Under the pieces are notes generated by a model. It worked only from the letters and a program-made list of their open reading frames with translations, was not told the DNA's origin and searched no databases. This document shows, piece by piece, positions 20,562 through 30,804 of a DNA stretch of 64,000 nucleotides (positions within the stretch are counted from its first letter, which is position 1; each line of letters starts with the position of its first letter). The stretch covers positions 61,278 through 125,277 of the forward strand of contig CAZCSL010000003.1 of the NCBI GenBank assembly GCA_964501415.1, given 5' to 3'. A program made the position numbers and the translations under genes. This DNA is from an uncultured Candidatus Izemoplasmatales bacterium (lineage in GTDB: Bacteria; Bacillota_I; Bacilli_A; Izemoplasmatales; Izemoplasmataceae).

Positions 20562-23279
20562 ATGACTATGGATGCAATGAAACCGATAGATTTTGACAAA
20601 ATAAGCGATATCAATATCAACAATGAAATGAAAACATCTTTTTTAAGTTACGCCATGAGTGTCATTGTTTCAAGAGCGTTACCAGATGTTCGAGATGGGT
20701 TAAAACCGGTTCACCGTCGAATTCTTTATGGGATGGATGAACTTGGCATTTATCCAGATAAATCTTATAAGAAATCCGCCCGTATCGTCGGTGATGTAAT
20801 GGGTAAATATCATCCCCATGGGGATGCAGCGATTTATGATGCGATGGTCCGTATGGCCCAAACCTTTTCTTATCGATATCCGTTGGTTAATGGTCATGGT
20901 AACTTTGGGTCTATCGATGGTGATGGCGCTGCAGCTATGCGTTATACTGAAGCAAAAATGGGGAAACTCAGTGCTGAGATGCTCAAAGACTTACGCAAAA
21001 ACACTATCGATTATGTAGAAAACTACGATGGGACAGAAAAAGAACCCTCCGTCTTGCCAGCCAAGTTTCCTAATTTATTGGTTAACGGAGCTACAGGAAT
21101 CGCTGTAGGCATGGCAACCAATATCCCACCGCATAACTTGAATGAAGTTATCGATGGGATTATTGCTACAATCGATAACGAAGAGATAACCCTAGAAGAA
21201 TTGATGACGTTTATTAAAGGTCCTGATTTTCCAACTGGAGGCAGTATTACGGGTATAAGTAATTTAAGGCAAGCCTATGAAACTGGTAATGGTGCCATCA
21301 AAGTTCGGGCTAAAGTTGATATTACCGAAACCAAAAGTGGCAAAAAAACCATTACGGTTACCGAAATTCCTTATCAAGTCAACAAAACACGGTTGATAGA
21401 AAAAATCGCAGATCTCGCCAAAGAAAAACGCATCGAAGGGATTACTGATTTGCGAGACGAATCGAATCGCGACGGCATTAAGATTATCATTGAACTACGT
21501 AAAGACGTTAATGCAGAGGTTACGTTGAATAACCTTTACAAATACACACCTCTTCAAACATCATTTGGTATTAATATGCTGGCGCTTGTAGGCCAACAAC
21601 CAAAAGTCTTATCTTTAAAGGAAACGATCACACATTACATTGACCATCAAATAGAAGTACTTACTAGGCGCAGTAAATTCGAGTTAGACAAAGCTAAGGC
21701 TAGAGAGCATATTTTAGAAGGGTTATTAAAGGCACTCGATAACATTGATGCGGTCATCGAAATTATTCGTAAAGCTTATGATGATGCAGAAGAAAAACTC
21801 ATGGAAGCCTTCGATTTATCAGAAGAACAAGCAAAAGCTATCTTAGAGATGCGTTTGCGCCGTTTATCTGGTTTGGAAAGAGAAAAGATAGTTTCAGAGC
21901 TATCAAATTTAAAAACAACGATTGAAGACTTAGAAACGATTTTGGCTAGTGAAGATGAAAAGCGCGGCGTCATCAAAGATGACTTGCTGGAAATCAAGCG
22001 CATTTACGGGGATGAACGTCGTACTGATATTTCCTTAGCGCAAGATTTAGACTTAGAAGATGAAGACTTGATACCCGAAGAAGAAGTCATCATCACCATT
22101 ACGCAAGGTGGGTATTGTAAACGTATGAACGCCGAGGCTTATAAACGTCAAAACCGCGGCGGTAAAGGGATGACAGGTATTCGTATCCATGAAGATGATG
22201 GGGTAGAACATATTGTCTACACCTCTTCACATGATTACTTGTTATTTTTCACCAATGAAGGCAGAGTTTACAAAATTAAAGCCTATAAAATTCCCCCGTT
22301 TGGAAGAACATCAAAAGGGTTGCCCTTAGTTAACGTATTGCCGTTTGAGAAACAAGAAAAACTGCAAGCTGTCACACCTTTGCATGATTTTGAAAGCGAT
22401 AGTTTCTTGTTTTTTGCGACCAAAAAAGGCATCGTTAAACGTACCCCTACGAAAGATTATCTAAATATTCGCGTCTCAGGGATTCGCGCGATTAACTTAA
22501 AAGAAGATGATGAATTATTAAGCGTGAAACGCACGACTGGAGAACAAGATATCATTTTAGGGGCATCCAACGGCAAAGCAATCCGCTTTAACGAATCAAC
22601 CGTTCGTCCTATGGGAAGAACAGCAACCGGCGTTAAAGGAATGACATTACAAAACCAAGATAATATTATTGGATGTGCCTTAGTGGATGAGGCTTGTAAG
22701 GATATATTGATCGTTACGGAAAAAGGCTATGGTAAACGCACTAATGTAGATGAATATCGCTTACAAAATCGTGGTGGTAAAGGCGTTAAAACCCTTAACG
22801 TCACAAAGAAAAATGGTTCTTTGGTCAGACTATCCAGTGTCACAGGAGAAGAAGATTTAATTATTTTATCCAACAAAGGGACGATGATTCGTCTACCAGT
22901 GGCTCAAATTTCTTGTTCATCTAGGGCGACACAAGGGGTTCGTTTAATGCGCTTGAGTGAAGGTCATGCCGTAGCAACTACCGCCTTGGTGCCTTCGAAT
23001 GATCAAGATGAAGACCTTGAGGAAATACCACTCGAAGATTCTATAGAAGTCGAGTCTGATGATTCCGCGGTTGAAGAAACATCTAAACCTTATGAAAAAA
23101 TCCCCACTGAAATAAAACCGGATGATGAAGATAGTGAAGATGATACAGACCAAGATGAAGAAACCTCGACTGAAACAAAGCCTGATGATCATGATGGCGA
23201 AGATGAAATAGACAAAGATGATGAAGCAAGCGAAAAACAAAGAGCACAACTAACTTTGTTCGATGATGAAGAGGAATGA
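20562..23279 (+). CDS. gyrA: DNA gyrase subunit A with long acidic C-terminal tail
   Basis: [29 protein letters not shown], active-site region AAMRYTE; the last 95 aa or so are D/E-rich. Confidence 0.97.
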   Translation: MTMDAMKPIDFDKISDININNEMKTSFLSYAMSVIVSRALPDVRDGLKPVHRRILYGMDELGIYPDKSYKKSARIVGDVMGKYHPHGDAAIYDAMVRMAQTFSYRYPLVNGHGNFGSIDGDGAAAMRYTEAKMGKLSAEMLKDLRKNTIDYVENYDGTEKEPSVLPAKFPNLLVNGATGIAVGMATNIPPHNLNEVIDGIIATIDNEEITLEELMTFIKGPDFPTGGSITGISNLRQAYETGNGAIKVRAKVDITETKSGKKTITVTEIPYQVNKTRLIEKIADLAKEKRIEGITDLRDESNRDGIKIIIELRKDVNAEVTLNNLYKYTPLQTSFGINMLALVGQQPKVLSLKETITHYIDHQIEVLTRRSKFELDKAKAREHILEGLLKALDNIDAVIEIIRKAYDDAEEKLMEAFDLSEEQAKAILEMRLRRLSGLEREKIVSELSNLKTTIEDLETILASEDEKRGVIKDDLLEIKRIYGDERRTDISLAQDLDLEDEDLIPEEEVIITITQGGYCKRMNAEAYKRQNRGGKGMTGIRIHEDDGVEHIVYTSSHDYLLFFTNEGRVYKIKAYKIPPFGRTSKGLPLVNVLPFEKQEKLQAVTPLHDFESDSFLFFATKKGIVKRTPTKDYLNIRVSGIRAINLKEDDELLSVKRTTGEQDIILGASNGKAIRFNESTVRPMGRTATGVKGMTLQNQDNIIGCALVDEACKDILIVTEKGYGKRTNVDEYRLQNRGGKGVKTLNVTKKNGSLVRLSSVTGEEDLIILSNKGTMIRLPVAQISCSSRATQGVRLMRLSEGHAVATTALVPSNDQDEDLEEIPLEDSIEVESDDSAVEETSKPYEKIPTEIKPDDEDSEDDTDQDEETSTETKPDDHDGEDEIDKDDEASEKQRAQLTLFDDEEE

Positions 23280-23308
23280 TTGACAAAAGAATAGCCGTTT
23301 GCTAAACT
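23280..23308 (+). promoter_or_regulatory. Candidate serS leader promoter TTGACA-17 nt-TAAACT
   Basis: Motif match immediately after the gyrA stop. Confidence 0.55.
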
Positions 23309-23314
23309 CATAAT

Positions 23315-23526
23315 ATAAAGCGATGAAGAGATTAAGTAGTCCAATGTAAAACTCTAAGAGAGTCGGCGGAGGCTGTAAGTCGATAGTTTTGCGGGATGAA
23401 ATCTACCTCAGAGTGGAAGTAAAGCTTCCCGGTTAAGGCCGTTATCACAACAAAGTGGGTGAATTTCACCAACTAGGGTGGCAACACGGGCAATGCCTCG
23501 TCCCTTTATTGGGGCGGGGCTTTTTT
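23315..23526 (+). promoter_or_regulatory. T-box leader (tRNA-Ser) with terminator/antiterminator
   Basis: GCGATGAAGAG...AGTA stem I base; AGAGAG box; candidate specifier UCU(A) at 23402-23404; T-box AACTAGGGTGGCAACACGGG at 23471-23490; terminator GCCTCGTCCC-tttatt-GGGGCGGGGC + TTTTTT at 23495-23526. Confidence 0.85.
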
Positions 23527-23559
23527 AATTCATCGATAAATTTAAAAAGGAGGCATAAG

Positions 23560-24834
23560 ATGCTGGATATTAGGCTACTAAGAGAAGCATTAGATGAGAC
23601 CATTAATCGATTAAATACACGAGGAGAAGATTTTTCTGTTTTACGTGAAACGTTACAAAAAGATGCACAACGCAGACAAATAATTAAAGACATTGACCGC
23701 CTTAAGGCCAAAAGAAACGCCATTAGTAAGAAAGTAGGTCAGTACAAAAGAGAAGGGAAAGACGTAACGGAAATTTTAGATGCTATCGATGATCAAAAAG
23801 CAAAAATTACAGATATGCAAACTAAGCTAGAACGTCTCAACGAGGAAATTCAAACACAATTACTAAAGACGCCAAACATACCACACAAAGATATCCCATT
23901 AGGGGCAGATGAAGACGACAATGTTGAACTTAAGAAAGTGGGCAGCATTCCTGAGTTTGATTTTAAACCTAAAGCGCATTGGGATTTAGCGAAAGATTTA
24001 GATATTCTAGACTTTGAAAGAGCGGCCAAAATCGCCTCAAGTCGATTTGTCATCTATAAAGGTCTTGGTGCAAGGTTAGAACGCGCACTCATCAACTTTA
24101 TGATTGATTTGCATGTGCACAAACATGGTTATGAAGAACTGCTTTTACCTTATATTGTGAACGGCAGTTCCATGTATGCATCTGGCCAGTTTCCAAAGTT
24201 CAAAGAAGATGCTTTTGAATTAAATGATAAACGTGATTTGTACTTAAATCCTACAGCGGAAGTGCCAGCGATTAATTTGTATAGAGATGAAATCTTAAGA
24301 GCAGAAGATTTACCCAAACACTACGCTGCTTTTACGACGGCTTTTAGACAGGAAAGTGGATCAGCGGGCAGAGACACAAGAGGGATTATTCGGTTACATC
24401 AATTTAACAAAGTTGAGTTGATTAAATTCGTTAAACCGGAAGATTCATACCAGGAATTAGATGCCATGTTGACTAATTCTGAAGCGGTTTTAAAAGCACT
24501 AGAATTGCCTTATCGCGTTATTGAGTTATGTAGTGGAGACATTGGGTTTGCCATGGCAAAGACCTATGATATAGAAGTATATCTTCCCACCTATGAAACG
24601 TATCGTGAAATCGGGTCAATTTCAAATGCAGAAGATTTTCAAGCAAGGCGAGGCAACATGCGGTTTAAAAGAGATGTCAACAGTAAAGCTGAGTTTATTC
24701 ATACGTTAAACGGTTCAGGATTAGCGGTCGGAAGAACGGTAGTCGCTATCTTGGAAAATTACCAACAAGCAGATGGATCCGTAGTAGTTCCCAAAGTATT
24801 AAGACCCTATATGCAAACAGATATAATAAAATAA
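23560..24834 (+). CDS. serS: Seryl-tRNA synthetase
   Basis: MLDIRLLRE... coiled-coil N-terminal arm and class II core. Start moved to ATG 23560 (RBS AAGGAGG) because the track extension reads through the T-box leader. Confidence 0.95.
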   Translation: MLDIRLLREALDETINRLNTRGEDFSVLRETLQKDAQRRQIIKDIDRLKAKRNAISKKVGQYKREGKDVTEILDAIDDQKAKITDMQTKLERLNEEIQTQLLKTPNIPHKDIPLGADEDDNVELKKVGSIPEFDFKPKAHWDLAKDLDILDFERAAKIASSRFVIYKGLGARLERALINFMIDLHVHKHGYEELLLPYIVNGSSMYASGQFPKFKEDAFELNDKRDLYLNPTAEVPAINLYRDEILRAEDLPKHYAAFTTAFRQESGSAGRDTRGIIRLHQFNKVELIKFVKPEDSYQELDAMLTNSEAVLKALELPYRVIELCSGDIGFAMAKTYDIEVYLPTYETYREIGSISNAEDFQARRGNMRFKRDVNSKAEFIHTLNGSGLAVGRTVVAILENYQQADGSVVVPKVLRPYMQTDIIK

Positions 24835-24846
24835 AGGAGAGTTCTC

Positions 24847-26211
24847 ATGTTTAAGAAATTGGATCAGTTTGATTTATCTCAAGAAACAAAACAGCTCATT
24901 GTATCAAATGATGTGGCTAATGAGGTTGTCAAAGATCTTGTGACAACCTTGGGCATTGCACAAGAAGATTTGAAGGAAGAAGCCTTTAAAACAGTAGATA
25001 CACTGAACAAACTCAAAACACCAAAAGTCACATTTTTGAACGAAACCAAGCTGGAAGATGAAGATAAGTATCTCAAAGTGTTTAAGGCTTTTGATAGTTT
25101 TAAAAGTGATGCCGTGTTACTAATTGACACCTTTGCTAAGCAGAATCACCAATTATTAGCAGAAGCTATTGGCTACCAACTGTATACCTTTAGCGACTAT
25201 AAAACCAAAAAAGAACCTCAAGGGGTATTGTTTTATACGGCTAAGGATTACACCAATTTCATTAAGGGAATTAAGGTATCTGAAGCCGTTAATTTTACGC
25301 GTGATTTAGTCAATAAGCCTTATAATAAGCTCAATGCAGCTCAACTAGCAGAAATAGCACAATCCTTAGAAACTTATCCCAACATTAAAACGACCATTTT
25401 AGAAAAAGCCGATTGTGAAAAACTTAATATGGGCGCGTTTCTTGGGGTTAACAAAGGTTCAAAAGATGCACCTAAACTGATTCATGTAGCCTATAAGGGC
25501 AATCCAGATAAAAAAGACAACACGTTTTTGGTTGGAAAAGGAGTCATGTTTGATACCGGTGGCTATTCTTTAAAGGGTGTTCAATCTATGCCTACCATGA
25601 AAATGGATATGGGAGGCGCTGCAAGTGCCTTAGGCGCGATTAAAGCCATTGCATCATTAGGGTTAAAAGCCAACGTTAGTGTGGTAGTGGCTGCTACGGA
25701 CAACCGTATTGGCGATGATGCGATCTTACCAGATGATGTGTTAACTAGTGCGAGTGGTCAAACGATTGAAATTATCTCAACCGATGCGGAAGGTAGATTA
25801 ACCTTAGCGGATGCTCTTTGGTACGCACAAAAAGAAGGAGCAACTAGCATCATTGATTTAGCAACACTAACTGGGGCGGTAGTTTCAGCGCTCGGCGACC
25901 AATATGTTGGCGCGTTTACAAACAATCCGGATTTTTATCAGCATTTCGAACAAGTGGTTAAAGAAAAAAGGGAGTATGTTTGGCGCTTACCCATAGGTCG
26001 TAACCATCGCAAGGCTATTGAAAGCAAGGTAGCGGATATGAAAAATAGCGGTGGTCGTTTAGGCGGTGCTTCCATTGCGGGGGCCTTCTTGGAAAAATTC
26101 GTGTCTGAAGATATTCCATGGATTCATTTAGATATTGCTGGTACAGCGTATAAAAACGACTCTGGTGCTACTGGTGTTATGGTGAAGTCATTAGCAAAAC
26201 TATTTGAATAA
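24847..26211 (+). CDS. pepA: Leucyl aminopeptidase (M17)
   Basis: VGKGVMFDTGGYSLK and STDAEGRLTLAD signatures. Confidence 0.9.
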   Translation: MFKKLDQFDLSQETKQLIVSNDVANEVVKDLVTTLGIAQEDLKEEAFKTVDTLNKLKTPKVTFLNETKLEDEDKYLKVFKAFDSFKSDAVLLIDTFAKQNHQLLAEAIGYQLYTFSDYKTKKEPQGVLFYTAKDYTNFIKGIKVSEAVNFTRDLVNKPYNKLNAAQLAEIAQSLETYPNIKTTILEKADCEKLNMGAFLGVNKGSKDAPKLIHVAYKGNPDKKDNTFLVGKGVMFDTGGYSLKGVQSMPTMKMDMGGAASALGAIKAIASLGLKANVSVVVAATDNRIGDDAILPDDVLTSASGQTIEIISTDAEGRLTLADALWYAQKEGATSIIDLATLTGAVVSALGDQYVGAFTNNPDFYQHFEQVVKEKREYVWRLPIGRNHRKAIESKVADMKNSGGRLGGASIAGAFLEKFVSEDIPWIHLDIAGTAYKNDSGATGVMVKSLAKLFE

Positions 26212-26216
26212 AAAAA

Positions 26217-26241
26217 ATAAGCGATTCGATTGAATCGCTTA
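26217..26241. terminator. Bidirectional hairpin between pepA and the HIT gene
   Basis: ATAAGCGATTC-gat-TGAATCGCTTAT flanked by A-run and T-run. Confidence 0.6.
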
Positions 26242-26652
26242 TTTCATGGCTTTTTTGATGGATTCTTGAACGTCCTTATAATCGACATCTTGGTAGTCTT
26301 TTTGATGGTTAACCCATCCAATAGTAGTGTCATCGTCTTTATATCTAGGAATTAAGTGAACGTGAAAATGAAATACACTTTGTAAAGGTTTGTCATTGTT
26401 TTGTAGTAAATTTAAACCAATAGGATTAAAGCTTTTTTTCAATGCGTTGGCGATCAAAGGAATCTTGGTGAATACGTTTGTTGATGTGGTTGAATCCATT
26501 TCATACACATTTTCGACATGTTTTTTTGGAATCACTAAGGTATGGCCTTTTGTTGCTTGAGTAATATCCAAAAAAGCTAACACATCATCATCTTCATACA
26601 CTTTGTAAGATGGAATCTCTCCTTTGATGATTTTGCAAAAAATACAATCCAT
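26239..26652 (-). CDS. HIT-family nucleotide hydrolase
   Basis: CIFCKII, histidine triad HFHVHLIP. Confidence 0.85.
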   Translation of the reverse strand: MDCIFCKIIKGEIPSYKVYEDDDVLAFLDITQATKGHTLVIPKKHVENVYEMDSTTSTNVFTKIPLIANALKKSFNPIGLNLLQNNDKPLQSVFHFHVHLIPRYKDDDTTIGWVNHQKDYQDVDYKDVQESIKKAMK

Positions 26653-26656
26653 AATA

Positions 26657-27316
26657 TCACTCTCCAGATTCTTTTTTGATAATATTAAAAATGTCTTGCA
26701 TGTTTTTTAAGATGTAATCAGGGTTTTCCTGTTCAAGTGTTTTCCTCCCTTTGATGCTCCAAGCAACACCAGCGCTAAGAATGCCTGCTGCTTGCCCCGC
26801 TTGAATATCACCAGGGTTATCGCCAATCATAATGGCTTTTTCAACATTGTCGAAAGACTTTAAAGCTGCAATGACACTGTCTGGTTTGGGTTTGGGGTTT
26901 TTCACCATGTCCAAGGAAATAAAAGCATCAAAATAACGCATCAAATCAAAATGCTCCATACTTGGCATGGCAGAATCAGTAAATTTTGAAGTTACGATAG
27001 CCAAATTTAAACCCATGTCTTTTAGTTTTGATAAGGTTTCTTTTACGTTGGGATAAAGCTTGAAAAAATCGTGTTCGTGCTTTTTATAGTAGCTTAAATA
27101 GGCTTCCATCAAAGCATTTAGTTCTTGGGGGTCTGTAGTATAGAGTGCAAATATCTCTTTTAGCGGTGGACCAATGTGTTCAACGATGGTCTTAACATCA
27201 ATTTTAAAGTGGGGTAATACCTTTTTAAATGCATGTTTATAACTTTTAATTATGATGTCATTGGTATCGATTAGCGTACCATCCAAATCGAACAAAATAG
27301 TGTTTAATGTTTGCAT
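26657..27316 (-). CDS. HAD-superfamily phosphatase (Gph/PpaX-like)
   Basis: ILFDLDGTLIDT motif I, VTSK motif II, GDNPGDIQAG motif III. Start moved to MQTLNT (ATG 27316). Confidence 0.8.
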   Translation of the reverse strand: MQTLNTILFDLDGTLIDTNDIIIKSYKHAFKKVLPHFKIDVKTIVEHIGPPLKEIFALYTTDPQELNALMEAYLSYYKKHEHDFFKLYPNVKETLSKLKDMGLNLAIVTSKFTDSAMPSMEHFDLMRYFDAFISLDMVKNPKPKPDSVIAALKSFDNVEKAIMIGDNPGDIQAGQAAGILSAGVAWSIKGRKTLEQENPDYILKNMQDIFNIIKKESGE

Positions 27317-27421
27317 TTTATCACCTATATTTATTCTAACATGTTTAATGAAAAAGGGCACGTTAGAGATTGTAAAAACAAGCAATATCATCTATAATAG
27401 TAGACGAAAAGGAGCGATTAC

Positions 27422-28378
27422 ATGCCTAATATAATGGATGTATTAAAAACAAAAATCAAAGATCAAGACATTAAGATTGTATTCCCTGAAACTAAGGATC
27501 CGCGCATTATTGAAGCGGCGATCAAACTGGGTAAAGAAGGGATTCTAAAACCGGTTTTAATTGGAGATCCTGCTGAAATTGACGGTGATTTATCTAACTG
27601 TGAGGTTCATAATCCTAACCATAGTGAATTGTATAATGAGTTCGTACAAGCGCTAGTCGAAAGACGAAGCGGTAAATGCAGTTATGAACAAGCAGAAGAA
27701 ATGGTTAAAAAACCGATTTATTTTGGTACGATGCTTGTGTATATGAAGTACGCATCAGGCTTAGTTGCTGGGGCGGCTCAATCTACCGCTGATACGGTTA
27801 GACCTGCTTTACAAATCATCAAAACAAAACCAGGCATCTCAAAAACATTTGGGTATTTTCTAATGGTTAGAGAAGATGAGAAATATATAATGGCCGATTG
27901 TGCGATTAATCCGATGCCCAATAGTCACGACTTGGCGGAATTTGCGATAGAGTCGGCTAAAGCCGCTGCGATGTTTGATATCGACCCCAAAGTAGCTCTA
28001 CTGTCTTTTTCAACCAATGGAAGTGCCGATACAGATGAAACACAAAAGGTTAGAAAAGCCGTCAAAATAGCCCATAAAAAAGCACCAGATTTAGCCATTG
28101 ATGGCGAAATGCAGTTTGATACCGCATTCGTACCTAGTGTGGCAAAGAAGAAGTTTTCTGAATCTAAAGTGGCAGGATACGCCAACACCTTTATCTTTCC
28201 GGATTTAAATAGCGGAAATATCGGGTATAAAATGGTACAAAGGTTAGGCAATTTTGACGCGATGGGCCCTATCCTCGCAGGCTTGAACCAACCGGTTAAT
28301 GACTTATCTAGAGGATGCAGTTCACAAGACGTTTACAACACCGCAATCATTACTGCAGCTCAAAGTTTAATGACTTAA
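27422..28378 (+). CDS. pta: Phosphate acetyltransferase
   Basis: IVFPE..DPRI, VALLSFSTNGSA, NTFIFPDLNSGNIGYK. Confidence 0.92.
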   Translation: MPNIMDVLKTKIKDQDIKIVFPETKDPRIIEAAIKLGKEGILKPVLIGDPAEIDGDLSNCEVHNPNHSELYNEFVQALVERRSGKCSYEQAEEMVKKPIYFGTMLVYMKYASGLVAGAAQSTADTVRPALQIIKTKPGISKTFGYFLMVREDEKYIMADCAINPMPNSHDLAEFAIESAKAAAMFDIDPKVALLSFSTNGSADTDETQKVRKAVKIAHKKAPDLAIDGEMQFDTAFVPSVAKKKFSESKVAGYANTFIFPDLNSGNIGYKMVQRLGNFDAMGPILAGLNQPVNDLSRGCSSQDVYNTAIITAAQSLMT

Positions 28379-28410
28379 AGCTCAAATTATTTTGAGCTTT
28401 TTTCTTTTCT
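28378..28410 (+). terminator. pta intrinsic terminator
   Basis: AAAGCTCAAA-ttatt-TTGAGCTTT + TTTTCTTTTCT. Confidence 0.75.
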
Positions 28411-28432
28411 CGATACGAATTAAGGCAAAATT

Positions 28433-28441
28433 TGCTACAAT
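28433..28441 (+). promoter_or_regulatory. Extended -10 element TGCTACAAT
   Basis: Lies inside the track's 5' extension of the next ORF; supports the downstream TTG start. Confidence 0.45.
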
Positions 28442-28464
28442 GGTGGTATAAAGAGGCGATTACA

Positions 28465-29391
28465 TTGAAAAAATATATCATGATTTATAACCCTAAAAGC
28501 GGGAAACAAACGTTTACGACTCATTTGGATATGATAAACAAGCGCCTAAAAAAAGAGGGTTATATTGGGCATGCCATTGAAACAAAATATCATAAACACG
28601 CAATAAAGATCGCTCAAGACATTGAAAAAACACCCGTAGATTTATTGATTATAGCAGGTGGTGATGGGACGTTTAATGAATGTTTAAACGGATTAATGAA
28701 ACATGGAAAAATACCAACCCTAGGGTATTTACCTGTCGGCACCTCTTGTGATATTGCCCATACACTGGGGATTCCTAGAAACATTCACAAAGCTTTAGAT
28801 TTAGTGTTTAAGGGCAAGCACGTAATGATGGATATAATTAAATCCAATCATGGTTACTTTACGTATGTTGCCGCAACCGGTAGTTATGTCGATATCTCTT
28901 ATCAAACCCCTAAAAAAATGAAAAAGAGATTGGGGTATATCGCCTATTTGTTATCGGGTATAAAAGCTTTTTTTACCGTCCCTAAAATGGCCTTAACAAT
29001 CGATACGCCTACATATAAGAAAAAAGATACCTATACGCTTATTTTGTTAACGAATTCGCAAAAGATTGCTAGGCTTACACTGGTGGATAGACCCGTATTG
29101 GATGATGGAAAAATAGATTTAATTACGTTTGCGTATATCCCGTTATTAAATAATTTTATGTACGCTGTTAAATTTCTCTTAAACCCAAAGAGCTTGATAG
29201 GTTTAAAACGAATCCAAGCCTCCAGTGGTGTGATCGATATGCAAGAGCCCTATCCCTGGTCGCAAGATGGAGAGGCACAAGGCAAAGGAAAACTTACTTT
29301 TGAAGTCATTCAAAAGAAATTACCTATTGTAATTAATCCAAAAAGACAAAGATATTTTTTAAACCAAGATAAGCAGGAAATCAATGAGTAA
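28465..29391 (+). CDS. Diacylglycerol/lipid kinase family protein (DAGK_cat, YegS/DagK-like), copy 1
   Basis: IYNPKSGK, IIAGGDGTFNE, LPVGTSCD motifs. TTG 28465 preceded by AAGAGG. Confidence 0.8.
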   Translation: MKKYIMIYNPKSGKQTFTTHLDMINKRLKKEGYIGHAIETKYHKHAIKIAQDIEKTPVDLLIIAGGDGTFNECLNGLMKHGKIPTLGYLPVGTSCDIAHTLGIPRNIHKALDLVFKGKHVMMDIIKSNHGYFTYVAATGSYVDISYQTPKKMKKRLGYIAYLLSGIKAFFTVPKMALTIDTPTYKKKDTYTLILLTNSQKIARLTLVDRPVLDDGKIDLITFAYIPLLNNFMYAVKFLLNPKSLIGLKRIQASSGVIDMQEPYPWSQDGEAQGKGKLTFEVIQKKLPIVINPKRQRYFLNQDKQEINE

Positions 29392-29923
29392 TTATATCAA
29401 AGAAGTCATTGTTGTAGAGGGAAACCATGATAAAGCAAAGATACAATCAGTGTTTCCGAATGTGGATGTAATGATAACGAACGGCGCCGAAGTTTCACGT
29501 GAAACATTAGAATCTTTAGCGTATCTATCAAAAGAACGCGGATTAATTCTAATGCTTGATCCGGATTATCCAGGGGAAAGAATTAGGCGTAAAATAAATG
29601 AATATATAGGTGAAACTAAACATATATTTCTACCAAAACATCAATGTATTGATGAAACAAGACGAAAAGTTGGAATTGAACACGCAAGTAAAGAAAACAT
29701 ATATAATGCGCTTATGTTTCACGTGAAACACGAACGAAAACATACTACTATTTTAAAGCAAGATTTATATGACCGAAATCTAATCGGGAACCACAATAGC
29801 AAACAGCTCAGAAGAAAACTAACAGAAGCCTTTAGTATCGGTTATTGTAATGGTAAAACGCTACATAAAAAATTAAACATGTTTGCAATTGAGCTTACTG
29901 AAGTTGATGAGGTGTTAAAATGA
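29384..29923 (+). CDS. rnmV: Ribonuclease M5 (Toprim)
   Basis: VIVVEGNHDK, LMLDPDYPGERIR; rnmV-rsmA synteny. Confidence 0.85.
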   Translation: MSNYIKEVIVVEGNHDKAKIQSVFPNVDVMITNGAEVSRETLESLAYLSKERGLILMLDPDYPGERIRRKINEYIGETKHIFLPKHQCIDETRRKVGIEHASKENIYNALMFHVKHERKHTTILKQDLYDRNLIGNHNSKQLRRKLTEAFSIGYCNGKTLHKKLNMFAIELTEVDEVLK

Positions 29924-30777
29924 AGACATCTACACATAACCGTACGTTGGAATTACTAAAAAAACACCAAATGCACACAAAGAAAAAATATGGTCAAAAC
30001 TATTTGATTGATGACAATGTCATCGATAAAATTGTATCTTTAAGTGAGATGAATCCCAAGGCTTTTATCGTTGAGGTAGGGCCAGGGCTTGGCAGTATAA
30101 CCCAAGGTCTTCTAAAAGCTTCTTCAGGGGTCTTAGCGTATGAAATTGATGGAGATTTAATTACGCCATTAAAGGATTTATTTAAAGAAGAAAAGGACTT
30201 TCATTTGATTCATGATGATGTTTTAAATAGAGATTTGAATCGTGATATTGGTGATTACAACGACTTTGATGCACCAACTTGGGTGGTGGCTAACTTACCA
30301 TATTACATTACCACACCAATCTTATTTAAGTTTTTGGAAGAATCAGATAAGATATCCGGTTTGATTTTAATGACACAATATGAAGTGGCTAAACGATTAA
30401 CGGCTCAAAAAAATACTAAAGATTACAATGCACTTAGTGTCTTAATGCATTATCGTTGTGAAGCAGAATTTATGTTCAAAGTTTCTAAAAATGTTTTTAT
30501 TCCTAAACCTAATGTGGATAGCGCCATCATTAAGCTGACGCTAAAAGCTAAGGATAAAGAGATAGATGAACCGTTCTTTTTTGACTTTGTTAAAGAAGCT
30601 TTCAGACAAAAGCGCAAAACGTTAGTCAATAATCTTAACCGTGCCTACTATATTGAAAAGCCAGTACTTACCGCATGGCTAAAATCACATGACTTGAATC
30701 ATGATGTTAGGTCTGAAAGCTTAGATTTAGAAACCTTCAAACGGTTAAGTCAATCATTTAGGGATGAATTTTTTTAA
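29920..30777 (+). CDS. rsmA: 16S rRNA (adenine1518/1519-N6)-dimethyltransferase
   Basis: KKYGQNYLID, VEVGPGLGSIT, VANLPYYITTPI. Confidence 0.93.
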   Translation: MKTSTHNRTLELLKKHQMHTKKKYGQNYLIDDNVIDKIVSLSEMNPKAFIVEVGPGLGSITQGLLKASSGVLAYEIDGDLITPLKDLFKEEKDFHLIHDDVLNRDLNRDIGDYNDFDAPTWVVANLPYYITTPILFKFLEESDKISGLILMTQYEVAKRLTAQKNTKDYNALSVLMHYRCEAEFMFKVSKNVFIPKPNVDSAIIKLTLKAKDKEIDEPFFFDFVKEAFRQKRKTLVNNLNRAYYIEKPVLTAWLKSHDLNHDVRSESLDLETFKRLSQSFRDEFF

Positions 30778-30804
30778 GCTTTACATTGAGTGAGGTGAAG
30801 GAAC

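Noticed and set aside
22990-23279. GAT/GAA-rich stretch as a tandem repeat or satellite
   Set aside because: It is in frame with gyrA and encodes the acidic tail. The similarity between units is codon-level low complexity, not an exact DNA repeat.
23455-23559. The ORF-track N-terminal extension of serS (GTG 23455)
   Set aside because: It translates the T-box motif, terminator stem and U-tract. A strong RBS (AAGGAGG) precedes ATG 23560, and the canonical SerRS N-terminus is MLDIRLLRE.
26239-27316. HIT + HAD gene pair on the opposite strand as an inserted accessory island
   Set aside because: Both are ubiquitous housekeeping families. They are bounded by an ordinary terminator and promoter, with no compositional break visible by eye.
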